Origin: Dehalococcoidia bacterium
GTDB lineage: Bacteria; Chloroflexota; Dehalococcoidia; Bin125
Direction: 5' to 3'
NCBI GenBank assembly: GCA_965217625.1
Contig: OZ244557.1
Span: 1,799,305-1,863,304, forward strand
DNA: 64,000 nt
Shown: positions 30,906 to 39,439 of the stretch, piece after piece
Layout of the letters: the number at the start of each line of letters is the position of its first letter
Position numbering within the stretch: the first letter of the stretch is position 1
Notes under the pieces: model-generated
Database searches by the model: none
Seen by the model: only the letters and a program-made list of their open reading frames with translations
What the model was told of the DNA's origin: nothing
Program-made: the position numbers and the translations under genes

Positions 30906-31917
30906 CGCGGCTCTCGGCCTGCTGGCGGATGTGGCCGCGGATCTCGCGGACCTCCTGTTCGAGGTCGGAGATCTGGCGGCGGCGCAGCTTCTCCTGGAAT
31001 CCCAGCAGCCGTTCCGAGTCGCGCTGCAGCAGCTCCCGCAGGTCGTCGAAGGCGGCGCGGATCTCGGTCAGGCCGCGCTCCTGCTGCTCAGACCGGGTGC
31101 GCGACCGCTCCAGCGATCGCTCGAACTCGCCGAAGCGGGCCTGGATCTGCTCGTGCTCGCTCTGCATCGTGCTGACGCGGGCGATCGCGGCCTCGTTGTC
31201 GACGCGCATGCCCTCGAAGCGGTCGCGCAGGGCGTGCGCTTCCTCCTGTGACCGTTCGCTGTCCTCGAGGCGTTGCTGCACGCGGCGGGCCAGCTCGGTG
31301 AAGCGCTCCATGCGGTCGCCGATCTCGGCGAAGAGGCGATCGTGCCCCTCGATCTCAGCGCTGGCGGTGCGACCGTCGTCCTGCACGCGGCGCACGGCTT
31401 CGCCGAGCGCGGCCAGGCGGGCATCGAGCCCGGCGACGTGGATGTCGCTCTGTTCCAGGCGCTGGCTGACGACGGACATCGTCTCCTGGGCGCGCTGCGA
31501 CATCTCTTCGGCGACGCGGACCTTCTCCGCGCCGGTCAGCGCGGCCTGCTCGGCGAACTCGGTGCGGCGGCGCAACTCGGCGCGCTCGTCGCGTTCGGAC
31601 TGCATCTCCGCGCGCAGTTGCCGGCCCAGGAGCTCCATCTGCTCGGAGTCCTGGCCCAGGGCGGCCTGCATCCGTTCGGAGCGATCGCGCAGCAGGCGGA
31701 CCTCCTCGGGCAGGTCGGACAGGATCTGCAGCTGCGTCACCATGTTGGCCGCGCCGCCTTCGGCGCGCTGGACATCCTCGCTGATCTGCCACAGGCGGGT
31801 GCGATCCTCCTGGGCTTGTGCTTCGGCCTGGGCGAGCTTGGCCTTGAGGCTGCCGACTTCGGCCTCCAGCCAGTCCACCACGCTGGCCAGCTGTTCGGGG
31901 TCGTGTGGGGTGGTCAC
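30898..31917 (-). CDS. Hypothetical all-coiled-coil protein embedded in the hom-thrC operon
   Basis: 339 aa, rich in E/R/A/Q/L heptad-like sequence. The GTG at 31915-31917 overlaps the hom stop as GTGA. The 3' end overlaps the thrC start by 8 nt. Confidence 0.6.
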   Translation of the reverse strand: MTTPHDPEQLASVVDWLEAEVGSLKAKLAQAEAQAQEDRTRLWQISEDVQRAEGGAANMVTQLQILSDLPEEVRLLRDRSERMQAALGQDSEQMELLGRQLRAEMQSERDERAELRRRTEFAEQAALTGAEKVRVAEEMSQRAQETMSVVSQRLEQSDIHVAGLDARLAALGEAVRRVQDDGRTASAEIEGHDRLFAEIGDRMERFTELARRVQQRLEDSERSQEEAHALRDRFEGMRVDNEAAIARVSTMQSEHEQIQARFGEFERSLERSRTRSEQQERGLTEIRAAFDDLRELLQRDSERLLGFQEKLRRRQISDLEQEVREIRGHIRQQAESRDA

Positions 31918-33269
31918 GGGCTGCTCCCAATCCGGATGCGGACCGCCAACTCACGGACCACATCCAGCATGGCGGCCGTCGCCATGAAGCGATCGATGTC
32001 TGATTCGCGGGCCTCGTGGGTCGTGATGATGAGTTCCGCGGTTCCCGCCACCGCGTCCGCCTCGACCTGCAGCAGGGAGGCGATGCTGATGTGATTGGTG
32101 GCGAAGACACGGCCGATCTCGGCCATCACGCCGGGGCGGTCGCGGACCAGCACGCGCAAATAGTACCGCATGCGCAGGTCGCCCCGGCGCACGAAGCCGG
32201 GCGCGGGCGTCGCTGGCCCGGCCTCTCGCGCGCCGGCCGGGGGGCGCCGCGCCCCCGCGCGGACCCCGTTGGAGACGATGTCGAGCAGGTCCGCCACGAC
32301 CGCGCTCGTGGTGGGGCGCGACCCCGCGCCCTCGCCCTCGAAGATGGCGCGGCCCAGGAGGTCGCCCTCCACGGCGACCGCGTTCAGCACGCCGTCGACG
32401 CGCGCCAGGGGGTCGTGCGAGTCCAGCAGCGTGGGGTGCACGCGCACGTCCAGGGCGCCGCCGGCGTCGCGGCCGGCGATGGCGAGCAGCCGGATGACGT
32501 AGCCCAAGTCGGCGGCGTAGCGGAAATCTCCGGCGCTCAGGGCGGTGATGCCCTCGTGGTAGACGTCGTCCGGGTGCACGCTGGTGTGGAAGGCCAGGCT
32601 GGCGAGGATCGCGAGCTTGAAGGCGGCATCGACACCCTCGACATCGCTGCTGGGGTCGGCTTCCGCGTAGCCCCGGCGCTGCGCCTCGGCGAGGGCGTCG
32701 GCGTAGGACATGCCGTCCTGCGCCATGGCCGTGAGGATGAAGTTGGTCGTGCCGTTGATGATCGCCTGCAGCGAGCGGATCTCGTTGGCCTGCAGGTCGC
32801 GGGTGAGGGGGGCGATGATCGGGATGCCGCCGCCCACGCTGGCCTCGTAGAGCAGCGCGACGCCGCGCTCCTGCGCCAGCGCCAGCAGCTCCGGGCCGCG
32901 GCGCGCCATCACTTCCTTGTTGGCCGTGACGACCGACTTGCCCGCCCGCAGCGCCGCCGCGATGCAGTCCGCCGCGGGCGCCATGCTGCCCATGAGCTCG
33001 ACCACGATGTCGATGTCGTCGCGGGTGGCGAGCGCCAGCGGGTCGTCGCCGAGCAGCGCCGCGTCGACCCCGGGGCGGGGCCGGGCGCCGTCGCGCACGG
33101 CGATGCCGCGGATCTCGATCGCGCGCCCCGAGCGCTGGGCGTAGGTCGTCGCGTTTGCGCGCAGGGCGTCATGGACGCCGCGCCCCACGACACCGAGACC
33201 GAGCAGCCCAACCCCCACCGTGCCGGAGCCGGGGGACTCCTGCGTAGCGGCCATTGCTTGCGCGCCCAT
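31914..33269 (-). CDS. hom: Homoserine dehydrogenase with a C-terminal ACT domain
   Basis: Contains GLLGLGVVGRGV (NAD-binding motif), TANKEV and a C-terminal ACT-like region. Confidence 0.9.
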   Translation of the reverse strand: MGAQAMAATQESPGSGTVGVGLLGLGVVGRGVHDALRANATTYAQRSGRAIEIRGIAVRDGARPRPGVDAALLGDDPLALATRDDIDIVVELMGSMAPAADCIAAALRAGKSVVTANKEVMARRGPELLALAQERGVALLYEASVGGGIPIIAPLTRDLQANEIRSLQAIINGTTNFILTAMAQDGMSYADALAEAQRRGYAEADPSSDVEGVDAAFKLAILASLAFHTSVHPDDVYHEGITALSAGDFRYAADLGYVIRLLAIAGRDAGGALDVRVHPTLLDSHDPLARVDGVLNAVAVEGDLLGRAIFEGEGAGSRPTTSAVVADLLDIVSNGVRAGARRPPAGAREAGPATPAPGFVRRGDLRMRYYLRVLVRDRPGVMAEIGRVFATNHISIASLLQVEADAVAGTAELIITTHEARESDIDRFMATAAMLDVVRELAVRIRIGSSP

Positions 33270-33286
33270 CGCCGCCGGCCGCCGGC

Positions 33287-34291
33287 CTAGGGGGAGGCCT
33301 CGGGCGTCGGGGGGGCGTCGGGGGTCTCGGGGGTGTCGGCCGGGGGGTCGTCGGAGGTCGTGGCTGGGGCCTCCTCGGGCTCGTCCGTGGGCGTGTCCGC
33401 CTCCGCGACCGCGTCCGTCGCGGGGGCCTCAGGGGTCTCGGCGTCGGCCGGGGCGTCCGTCTCCGCGACGGCGGTTTCCGGCTCGTCCGGGGGCGCTTCC
33501 GGCTCCGCGACCGCGTCCGTCGCGGGGGCCTCGGGGGCCTCGTCGGCCGGGGGGTCGTCGTCCTCCGCGGCAGCCGCTTCCGGCTCGTCCGCGGGCGCCT
33601 CCGCCTCCGCGACCGCGTCCGCCGCGGGGGCCTCGGGAGTCTCGTCGACCGCCGGGGTCTCGTCCTCCGCGGCAGCCGCTTCCGGCTCGTCCGGGGGTGT
33701 GTCCAACTCTGCGGCAGCGTCCGTCGCGGGGGCCTCGGAAGTCTCGTCGACCGCCGGGGCCGCTTCCGGCTCGGCGGGGGGCGCTTCGGGCTCGGCGGCG
33801 GCGGGAGGGGGGGCGTCGTAGCGGGCGGCGCGGCTGGCCTGCCGGTAGGCCGAGGTGACCCGCAGGTGGGCGGCCGTGTACGGCAGCAGCGCGACGTGGC
33901 GGGCGCGCTTGATCGCGCGGGTCAGCTTGCGCTGGTCCTTGGCCGTGAGCCCGGTCTTGCGTCGCGGCTCAATGCGGCCGCGGTCCGAGACGAGCCGGCG
34001 CAGCCGGTCGACGTCCTTGTAGTCCATCGTCTCGACTTCGGCCGGGACGAACATGGGGGCCTTGCGGCCGCGCCGGCGGCCGGAGCGCCGGTCGCGATCA
34101 CCGTCGCGGTCGCCACGGTCGCGGTCGCCACGGTCGCGGTCGCCCCGATCGCGCCGATCGCGGCCACCGCCATCGTCGCGGTCGCGACGCGGGGGGCCGC
34201 CGCGGGGGCGGGGGGCCGGCGCCGCAGCGGGGGCGGGGCGGGGCGGGGTGGGGTCGGAAGCGGGCGCGCCCGCTCCAGCATCGGTCGTCAT
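33287..34291 (-). CDS. rpsR: 30S ribosomal protein S18 with very long N- and C-terminal extensions (334 aa)
   Basis: The S18 core is [50 protein letters not shown]. It is preceded by an RD/RG repeat region and followed by about 190 acidic P/E/A/D/T residues. GGAGA lies 6 nt before the ATG at 34289-34291. Confidence 0.85.
   Translation of the reverse strand: MTTDAGAGAPASDPTPPRPAPAAAPAPRPRGGPPRRDRDDGGGRDRRDRGDRDRGDRDRGDRDGDRDRRSGRRRGRKAPMFVPAEVETMDYKDVDRLRRLVSDRGRIEPRRKTGLTAKDQRKLTRAIKRARHVALLPYTAAHLRVTSAYRQASRAARYDAPPPAAAEPEAPPAEPEAAPAVDETSEAPATDAAAELDTPPDEPEAAAAEDETPAVDETPEAPAADAVAEAEAPADEPEAAAAEDDDPPADEAPEAPATDAVAEPEAPPDEPETAVAETDAPADAETPEAPATDAVAEADTPTDEPEEAPATTSDDPPADTPETPDAPPTPEASP
33329..33736 (-). 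repeat. Four tandem 102-bp (34-aa) repeats inside the rpsR 3' extension
   Basis: Each unit starts EAPA(T/A)DA(V/A)AE...DEPE.... The DNA string ctccgcgaccgcgtccgtcgcgggggcctc recurs at 33401, 33503 and 33605 (1 mismatch), and in degenerate form near 33706. Confidence 0.85.
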
Positions 34292-34366
34292 GGGCGGTCT
34301 CCTCTGGAATCCCCCACCACGACCGGCGGCGCCACGCGGCGACGCGCCGGGCCCGGGAAGGATGCC

Positions 34367-34783
34367 CTATTCAAAGGGCAGGTCGTCGGGATCCACGCTG
34401 CCGGCGGCGCCGGCGGCGGGCTTTCCAGAATCCCCATCGTAGTCACCGCCCCCACGGCGGTCGAGAAACTGGACGTCCCGGGCGACGACTTCGGTGGTGA
34501 AGCGGCGCTGCCCCTCCCGGTCCTGCCACTCGCGGGTCTGCATGCGGCCCTCGACGTAGACCTGGCTGCCCTTGGAGAGGTACTGGCTGACCAGTTCGGC
34601 GAGTTTCGCCCAGGCGACGACGCGCACCCATTCGGTCTCTTCGCGGCTGTCCCCGTCCTGCGTCGTGTAGCGGCGGCTGCAGGCGACCCGCATCGAGGCG
34701 ACGGCGCGGCCGTTGGCGGTGAAACGCATCTCCGGGTCGGCGCCCAAGTTGCCGATGATCTGGACTTTGTTGAGGCTGGCCAT
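34367..34783 (-). CDS. ssb: Single-stranded DNA-binding protein
   Basis: Reads MASLNKVQIIGNLGADPEMRFT with a C-terminal DDLPFE tip. Confidence 0.95.
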   Translation of the reverse strand: MASLNKVQIIGNLGADPEMRFTANGRAVASMRVACSRRYTTQDGDSREETEWVRVVAWAKLAELVSQYLSKGSQVYVEGRMQTREWQDREGQRRFTTEVVARDVQFLDRRGGGDYDGDSGKPAAGAAGSVDPDDLPFE

Positions 34784-34842
34784 GGCGATGTCCGTCTCCG
34801 CCCCCGCGGCCCGCTCGCGCCGGTGCGCGGGCGGCGGAGGAG

Positions 34843-35136
34843 CTAGTCGTCGGTGCGGATGATGAGGTGCCGCAGCACGCTCTCATCGATGCGCAGCGTC
34901 CGCTCGACTTCCTGGTTGCCGGCGCCGTCCTCGCTGGTGAACTCCGTGATCAGGTAGTGCCCCTCGAAGTTGCGGCGGATGGGGTACGCCAAGCGGCGAC
35001 GGCCCCAGTCGATCACCTCGGTGACGCTGCCGCCGTTCTCGCTGACGAGGCTGCGCAGCCCCTCCATGCGGTCGGGAATCTGCTCGGCGTTCACGTCGCC
35101 ACTGAGGACGACCATCATTTCGTAGGCTCTTGCCAC
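34843..35136 (-). CDS. rpsF: 30S ribosomal protein S6
   Basis: Reads MARAYEMMVVL...RRLAYPI...GHY. It is first in the rpsF-ssb-rpsR order. Confidence 0.92.
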   Translation of the reverse strand: MARAYEMMVVLSGDVNAEQIPDRMEGLRSLVSENGGSVTEVIDWGRRRLAYPIRRNFEGHYLITEFTSEDGAGNQEVERTLRIDESVLRHLIIRTDD

Positions 35137-35181
35137 TGCGTACTCCTGCTTCGCCCGCAGGCCGGTCGACGGGCGGCGGTC

Positions 35182-35187
35182 ATTATA
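35182..35187 (-). promoter_or_regulatory. Candidate -10 box for rpsF-ssb-rpsR
   Basis: Perfect TATAAT on the minus strand about 46 nt upstream of the rpsF ATG. No convincing -35 element. Confidence 0.25.
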
Positions 35188-35279
35188 GACAACCCCGGCC
35201 GTCGGGGCCCATTCCCCGGCACACTCGCGCCGAATTCGCCCGACTCAGCGTGCGATGCGACGCCAGCTGCCCGGGCGCG

Positions 35280-36542
35280 TCAGCTGCCCAGACCGGGCAC
35301 CGGGAAGCCGGCGACGAGGTCGCGGACGGCGGCGCGCACCGCGGCGTGCGTGGCCTCGTCCTTGATGTCGTCCAGCACGCGGCCGATCAGCCGGGCGATG
35401 GCGCGCATCTCGTCCGGCCCCATGCCGCGCGTCGTGAGCGCCGGCGTGCCGATGCGGATGCCGCTGGTCACGGTGGGCCGGCGCTCGTCGTAGGGGATGG
35501 TGTTCTTGTTGACCGTGATGCCGGCCGCGTCGAGGGCGCCCTCGACGGCCTTGCCGGTCAGGCCGCGGACGCCGACGTCGACGAGCAGCAGGTGGGTATC
35601 GGTGCCGCCCGAGACGAGCCGCAGCCCCTCGCCGCGCAGCGCGTCGGCCAGCGTGCGCGCGTTCTCGATGATGCGGATCGCGTAGTCCCGGAACTCCGGC
35701 CTGGCGGCCTCGCCGAAGGCCACGGCCTTGCCCGCGATGACGTGCATGTGCGGGCCGCCGGAGGTGCCGGGGAAGATGGCCCGGTCGACGGCGCGCGCGT
35801 GATCGGCGTCGCTGAGGATGAAGGCGGAGCGGGGGCCGCGCAGCGTCTTGTGGGTGGTGGACGTGATGACCGGCGCGGGACCGACGGGGGTGGGGTGCTG
35901 CCCGGCCGCGACGAGCCCCGCGATGTGCGCCATGTCCGCCATCAGGACCGCGTCGACGCTGCGCGCGATCTCCCCCGCGCGGGCGAAGTCGTACTGCCGC
36001 GGGTAGGCCGTCGCGCCGATGACGATGACCTTGGGGCGCACCTCGCGCGCGACGGCGGCCATGGCGTCGTAGTCGATGCGCTCGGTCTCGCGGTCGACGC
36101 CGTAGGAGGCGAAGTTGAACCACTTGCCGGAGACGTTGACCTTGAGGCCGTGCGTCAGGTGGCCGCCGTGGCTGAGCTCCAGCCCCAGCGCCACATCGCC
36201 CGGGTTCATGAGCGCGAAGTAGGCGGCGAGGTTGGCCTGGCTGCCCGAGTGCGGCTGCACGTTGGCGTGGTCGGCGCCGAACAGCGCCTTCACGCGCTCG
36301 ATGGCGAGCGTCTCGACCTCGTCGACGAAGTCGCAGCCGCCGTAGTAGCGCTTGCCGGGGTAGCCCTCGGCGTACTTGTTGGTCAGGACCGAGCCGACCG
36401 CGGCCAGGACGGCCGGGCTGGTGTAGTTCTCCGACGCGATCATCTCCAGGGACTCGCGCTGACGCCCGGCCTCGCGGCCGATGGCGGCGGCGACATCGGC
36501 ATCGGCGGCGGCCAGCAGATCGGGCGGCGACGTCTGGACCAT
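35280..36542 (-). CDS. glyA: Serine hydroxymethyltransferase
   Basis: Contains [15 protein letters not shown] and [12 protein letters not shown] chose the ATG at 36540-36542, which has GGGAG 5 nt upstream. The track ORF begins 10 codons earlier. Confidence 0.93.
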   Translation of the reverse strand: MVQTSPPDLLAAADADVAAAIGREAGRQRESLEMIASENYTSPAVLAAVGSVLTNKYAEGYPGKRYYGGCDFVDEVETLAIERVKALFGADHANVQPHSGSQANLAAYFALMNPGDVALGLELSHGGHLTHGLKVNVSGKWFNFASYGVDRETERIDYDAMAAVAREVRPKVIVIGATAYPRQYDFARAGEIARSVDAVLMADMAHIAGLVAAGQHPTPVGPAPVITSTTHKTLRGPRSAFILSDADHARAVDRAIFPGTSGGPHMHVIAGKAVAFGEAARPEFRDYAIRIIENARTLADALRGEGLRLVSGGTDTHLLLVDVGVRGLTGKAVEGALDAAGITVNKNTIPYDERRPTVTSGIRIGTPALTTRGMGPDEMRAIARLIGRVLDDIKDEATHAAVRAAVRDLVAGFPVPGLGS

Positions 36543-36682
36543 GGCGCTCCCTGCGCGCGTGCCCGGGGGCACGACCTCGGCGACGGCGTCCCCGGCCGCC
36601 GAGGGGCGAGTCTATGGGCGGCGCCGTCCATCGGCAATGCGGCGTGAGCTCGCGTCCTTCGCAGATGCGCGTGGGCGGAGAG

Positions 36683-36718
36683 TTGACATCATGTGTTCCA
36701 CATATCTAATATTATAAC
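36683..36718 (+). promoter_or_regulatory. Candidate sigma-70-type promoter in an AT-rich patch upstream of the ATPase gene
   Basis: TTGACA (36683-36688), an 18-nt spacer, TAATAT (36707-12), immediately followed by TATAAC. The line 36681-36740 is 21/60 G+C by hand count, in an otherwise very GC-rich window. Confidence 0.45.
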
Positions 36719-36732
36719 TCTCCCTACATTTA

Positions 36733-37956
36733 GTGATGCGAGTTGTAATGTCTCAAGAATTCCGGAACCCATTCCGGCCAGGAGCCGGACACATGCCCCC
36801 CTATCTCGCCGGGCGCGAGCAAGAACAGCAGGAGTTCGCGAGGCTCCTGGGTCAGGAGACGATCTTCGAGAATCTCGTCTTGACCGGCCTCCGAGGCGTG
36901 GGGAAGACCGTCCTCCTGGAGACCCTCAAGCCCATGGCCACCAGTGGCGGCTGGCTGTGGGTTGGGACGGACCTGTCGGAGTCGAGCAGCATCAGCGAGG
37001 AGCGCCTCGCCCTGCGCCTGATGACGGACCTCGCGGTCGTGACCTCACCGATCGTGATCGCCGAAGAGGAGCGGCGCCACATCGGACTGACGGCGCCGAC
37101 CGAGATCGTGCGACGGACGCTCGACTTCTCCGCCCTGCTTGAGATCTGGAACTCCACCCCCGGAATCGCGTCGGACAAGCTGAAGGCCGTCCTGGAGACG
37201 GTCGCGGCGGCGATTGCTCCGCTCGGCAAACACGGAGTCGTCTTCGCGTACGACGAAGCGCAGAACCTCGCCGATCACGCGGCCAAGGAGGAGTACCCGC
37301 TCTCGCTGCTGCTCGATGTCTTCCAGTCGCTGCAGCGGAAGGGGATCCCGTTCATGCTCGCATTGACGGGGCTCCCCACCCTGTTCCCAAAGCTGGTCGA
37401 GGCGCGGACGTTCTCCGAGCGGATGTTCCGGGTGGTCTTCCTGGACCGGCTCGACGAAGCCGCTGCCCAGGATGCGATCCTGCGGCCGATCGATGACAGC
37501 CAGTGTCCGGTCCGCTTCGCGGAAGAGTCCGTGCAACGCATCTACATGCTGACGCGGGGGTACCCCTACTTCATCCAGTATGTCTGCCGCGAGGTCTACG
37601 ACGTGTGGACTCAGCACGTCACCGCGGGAGCACAGCCGGCCGATATCCCGGAGGCGGCGATCGTGCGGAAGCTGGACACGGACTTCTTCGCCGGGCGCTG
37701 GGCGCGGGCCACGGATCGGCAACGGGATCTGTTGGGCGTGATCGCGCGGCTGCCGAACGCCGGGGACGAGTTCACGGTGCAGGAAGTGGTCGCCGAGTCC
37801 CAGCGCGGCGAGGCCAAGGCCTTCACGTCGAGCCACGTCAGCCAGATGCTCTCCACGCTCAGCGACGCGGGCCTGATCTACAAGAACCGCTGGGGGCGGT
37901 ACTCGCTCGCCGTGCCGCTGCTGGATCAGTTCATCCGGCGTCAGTCCGGACCGTGA
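36733..37956 (+). CDS. P-loop NTPase of the archaeal-ATPase/ORC-like type with a C-terminal winged-helix-like region
   Basis: Contains FRNPFRPGAG...YLAGREQEQQEF, Walker A LTGLRGVGKTVLL and Walker B VVFAYDEAQNL. The C-terminus reads FTVQEVVAE...VSQMLSTLSDAGLIYKNRWGRYSLAVP. ATGs at 36736 and 36748 are alternative starts. Confidence 0.7.
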   Translation: MMRVVMSQEFRNPFRPGAGHMPPYLAGREQEQQEFARLLGQETIFENLVLTGLRGVGKTVLLETLKPMATSGGWLWVGTDLSESSSISEERLALRLMTDLAVVTSPIVIAEEERRHIGLTAPTEIVRRTLDFSALLEIWNSTPGIASDKLKAVLETVAAAIAPLGKHGVVFAYDEAQNLADHAAKEEYPLSLLLDVFQSLQRKGIPFMLALTGLPTLFPKLVEARTFSERMFRVVFLDRLDEAAAQDAILRPIDDSQCPVRFAEESVQRIYMLTRGYPYFIQYVCREVYDVWTQHVTAGAQPADIPEAAIVRKLDTDFFAGRWARATDRQRDLLGVIARLPNAGDEFTVQEVVAESQRGEAKAFTSSHVSQMLSTLSDAGLIYKNRWGRYSLAVPLLDQFIRRQSGP

Positions 37957-37957
37957 G

Positions 37958-38704
37958 CTAGCGCGCGCTGGCGACGGCCCAGCCATCGACGGAGGCGGCG
38001 CCGGCCGACAGCAGGGCCTCCGCGCAGGCGTTGAGCGTCGCGCCGGTGGTGGTCACGTCATCGACGACGAGGACGGCGCGGCCGCGCACGCGCTCGGGGT
38101 CGGCGGCGAAGGCGCCGCGCACGTTGGCGAGGCGGGCGGCGCGATTCGGCTGCCCGACTTGCCGGGGGGTGCGCCGCCGACGCCGCAGCGCCCGCTCGTC
38201 GAAGGGGCGGTCGAGACGCGCGGCCAGCAGCCGGCCGAAGACGGCGGCTTGGTTGTGCCCGCGCCGGCGGCGCCGGCCGCCGGGCATCGGCACGGCCGTG
38301 ACGAGGTCGAGGTGCGGGGGGAGGTCGGTCAGGTCCGCGACCTCCAGCATGGGCGCGGCGGTGGCGGTGAGGCTCTGGTACTTCACGGCGAGCACGGCCC
38401 GCCGCGCCGTGCCCTGGAACACGAAGGCGGCGCGCAGCGCCGGCGGGTCGAGGCGGCAGCGATGGCAGACCGCGGCGCCGGGCCCGTCGCCGGGTTCCCA
38501 GCAGCGCGGGCAGCGCGGCGGCGCGGCGGGCGTGAACGTGGCGCGACAGTCGTCGCAGAGCAGGGCGCCGTCGGCGGCGCAGACGGCGCAGCGCGGCGGG
38601 AAGAGGAAATCGGCGGCGCGACCGCGCCAGCGGCGCAGGCGATCGCGGTCGATGACATCGGTTCGCACAGCGCACCCCTCCTCATCCGGCCGGGCAGAGC
38701 CCAT
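37958..38704 (-). CDS. comF: ComF family phosphoribosyltransferase-domain protein
   Basis: Has an N-terminal Cys-rich zinc motif (PPRCAVCAADG...CDDC...CPRC...CHRC) and a PRTase motif (VLVVDDVTTTGATL). The rest of the 719-aa track ORF is shadow. Confidence 0.85.
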   Translation of the reverse strand: MGSARPDEEGCAVRTDVIDRDRLRRWRGRAADFLFPPRCAVCAADGALLCDDCRATFTPAAPPRCPRCWEPGDGPGAAVCHRCRLDPPALRAAFVFQGTARRAVLAVKYQSLTATAAPMLEVADLTDLPPHLDLVTAVPMPGGRRRRRGHNQAAVFGRLLAARLDRPFDERALRRRRRTPRQVGQPNRAARLANVRGAFAADPERVRGRAVLVVDDVTTTGATLNACAEALLSAGAASVDGWAVASAR

Positions 38705-38731
38705 CCGGCCGGGCGAATATAGACTGCGCGC

Positions 38732-39439
38732 ATGACGATCACGGTGCAGCTCTTCGCCAGCCTGGCCGAGTCGGCGGGGACGCGGCGCATCGAGCTGCCG
38801 CTCGACGGCGCGACGACGGCCGGATGCCTGACCAGCGCCGTCGTCGAGCGCTACCCGGCGCTGGCGGCGATGCGCGACTCGGTCATCGTGGCGGTGAACG
38901 CCGAGTACGTGTCGGCGGACTTCCCGATCCGCCCCGGCGACGAGGTGGCGCTGATCCCGCCGGTGAGCGGCGGCGCCGCGGACGCGGACTGCGACGCCTA
39001 CTTCCGCATCACCGACGCCCCCCTCGATGTCGCCGCGCTGCACGACCTGGTGCTGCGCCCCGAGGCGGGCGCGGTCTCGGTGTTCAGCGGCGTCGTGCGC
39101 AACAACAACCTGGGCCGCGAGGTGGACTACCTGGAGTACGAGGCCTATCCGGCCATGGCCTGCAAGATCATGCGCCAGATCGCCGACGAGGTGCGGGCGC
39201 GCTGGGAGGTCTGCGCGGTGGCGATGCACCACCGCCGCGGCCGCCTGGAGATCGGCGAGGCGAGCGTGCTGATCGCCGTGTCGTCGCCGCACCGCAAGGA
39301 GGGCATCGAGGCCTGCCACTACGCGATCGACCGGCTCAAGGCGATCGTGCCCGTGTGGAAGAAGGAGGTCTGGGCCGACGGCGAGCACTGGATCGAGGGC
39401 AGCCTGACGCCCCAGGCGGAGGCGCGGGGGGCGGACTAG
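38732..39439 (+). CDS. moaDE: Molybdopterin synthase MoaD-MoaE fusion
   Basis: Residues 1-80 are MoaD-like and end PPVSGG. The remainder is MoaE (VSVFSGVVRNNNLGREV..LEYEAYP...HRRGRLEIGEASVLIAVSSPHR...PVWKKE). Confidence 0.88.
   Translation: MTITVQLFASLAESAGTRRIELPLDGATTAGCLTSAVVERYPALAAMRDSVIVAVNAEYVSADFPIRPGDEVALIPPVSGGAADADCDAYFRITDAPLDVAALHDLVLRPEAGAVSVFSGVVRNNNLGREVDYLEYEAYPAMACKIMRQIADEVRARWEVCAVAMHHRRGRLEIGEASVLIAVSSPHRKEGIEACHYAIDRLKAIVPVWKKEVWADGEHWIEGSLTPQAEARGAD

Noticed and set aside
33329-33736. Regularly spaced 102-bp repeats that could superficially suggest a CRISPR-like array
   Set aside because: The repeats are contiguous with no unique spacers. They lie in frame inside rpsR and encode a 34-aa protein repeat. 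No cas genes are present in the window.
33220-34846. Plus-strand ORFs (212 and 530 aa) rich in RG/GR repeats opposite rpsR and ssb
   Set aside because: They are the antisense reading of the acidic (GAx/GCx/CCx) repeats of the S18 tail and of ssb. The sense-strand genes have clear cores and ribosome-binding sites.
36543-36700. Possible ZTP (pfl) riboswitch in the glyA leader
   Set aside because: I could not find the conserved elements I remember (GGGUCGUGAC-type 5' sub-domain, CCGCCUGGGC-type 3' pseudoknot partner). There are only generic GC-rich hairpins. A covariance-model scan (Rfam ZTP) would settle it.
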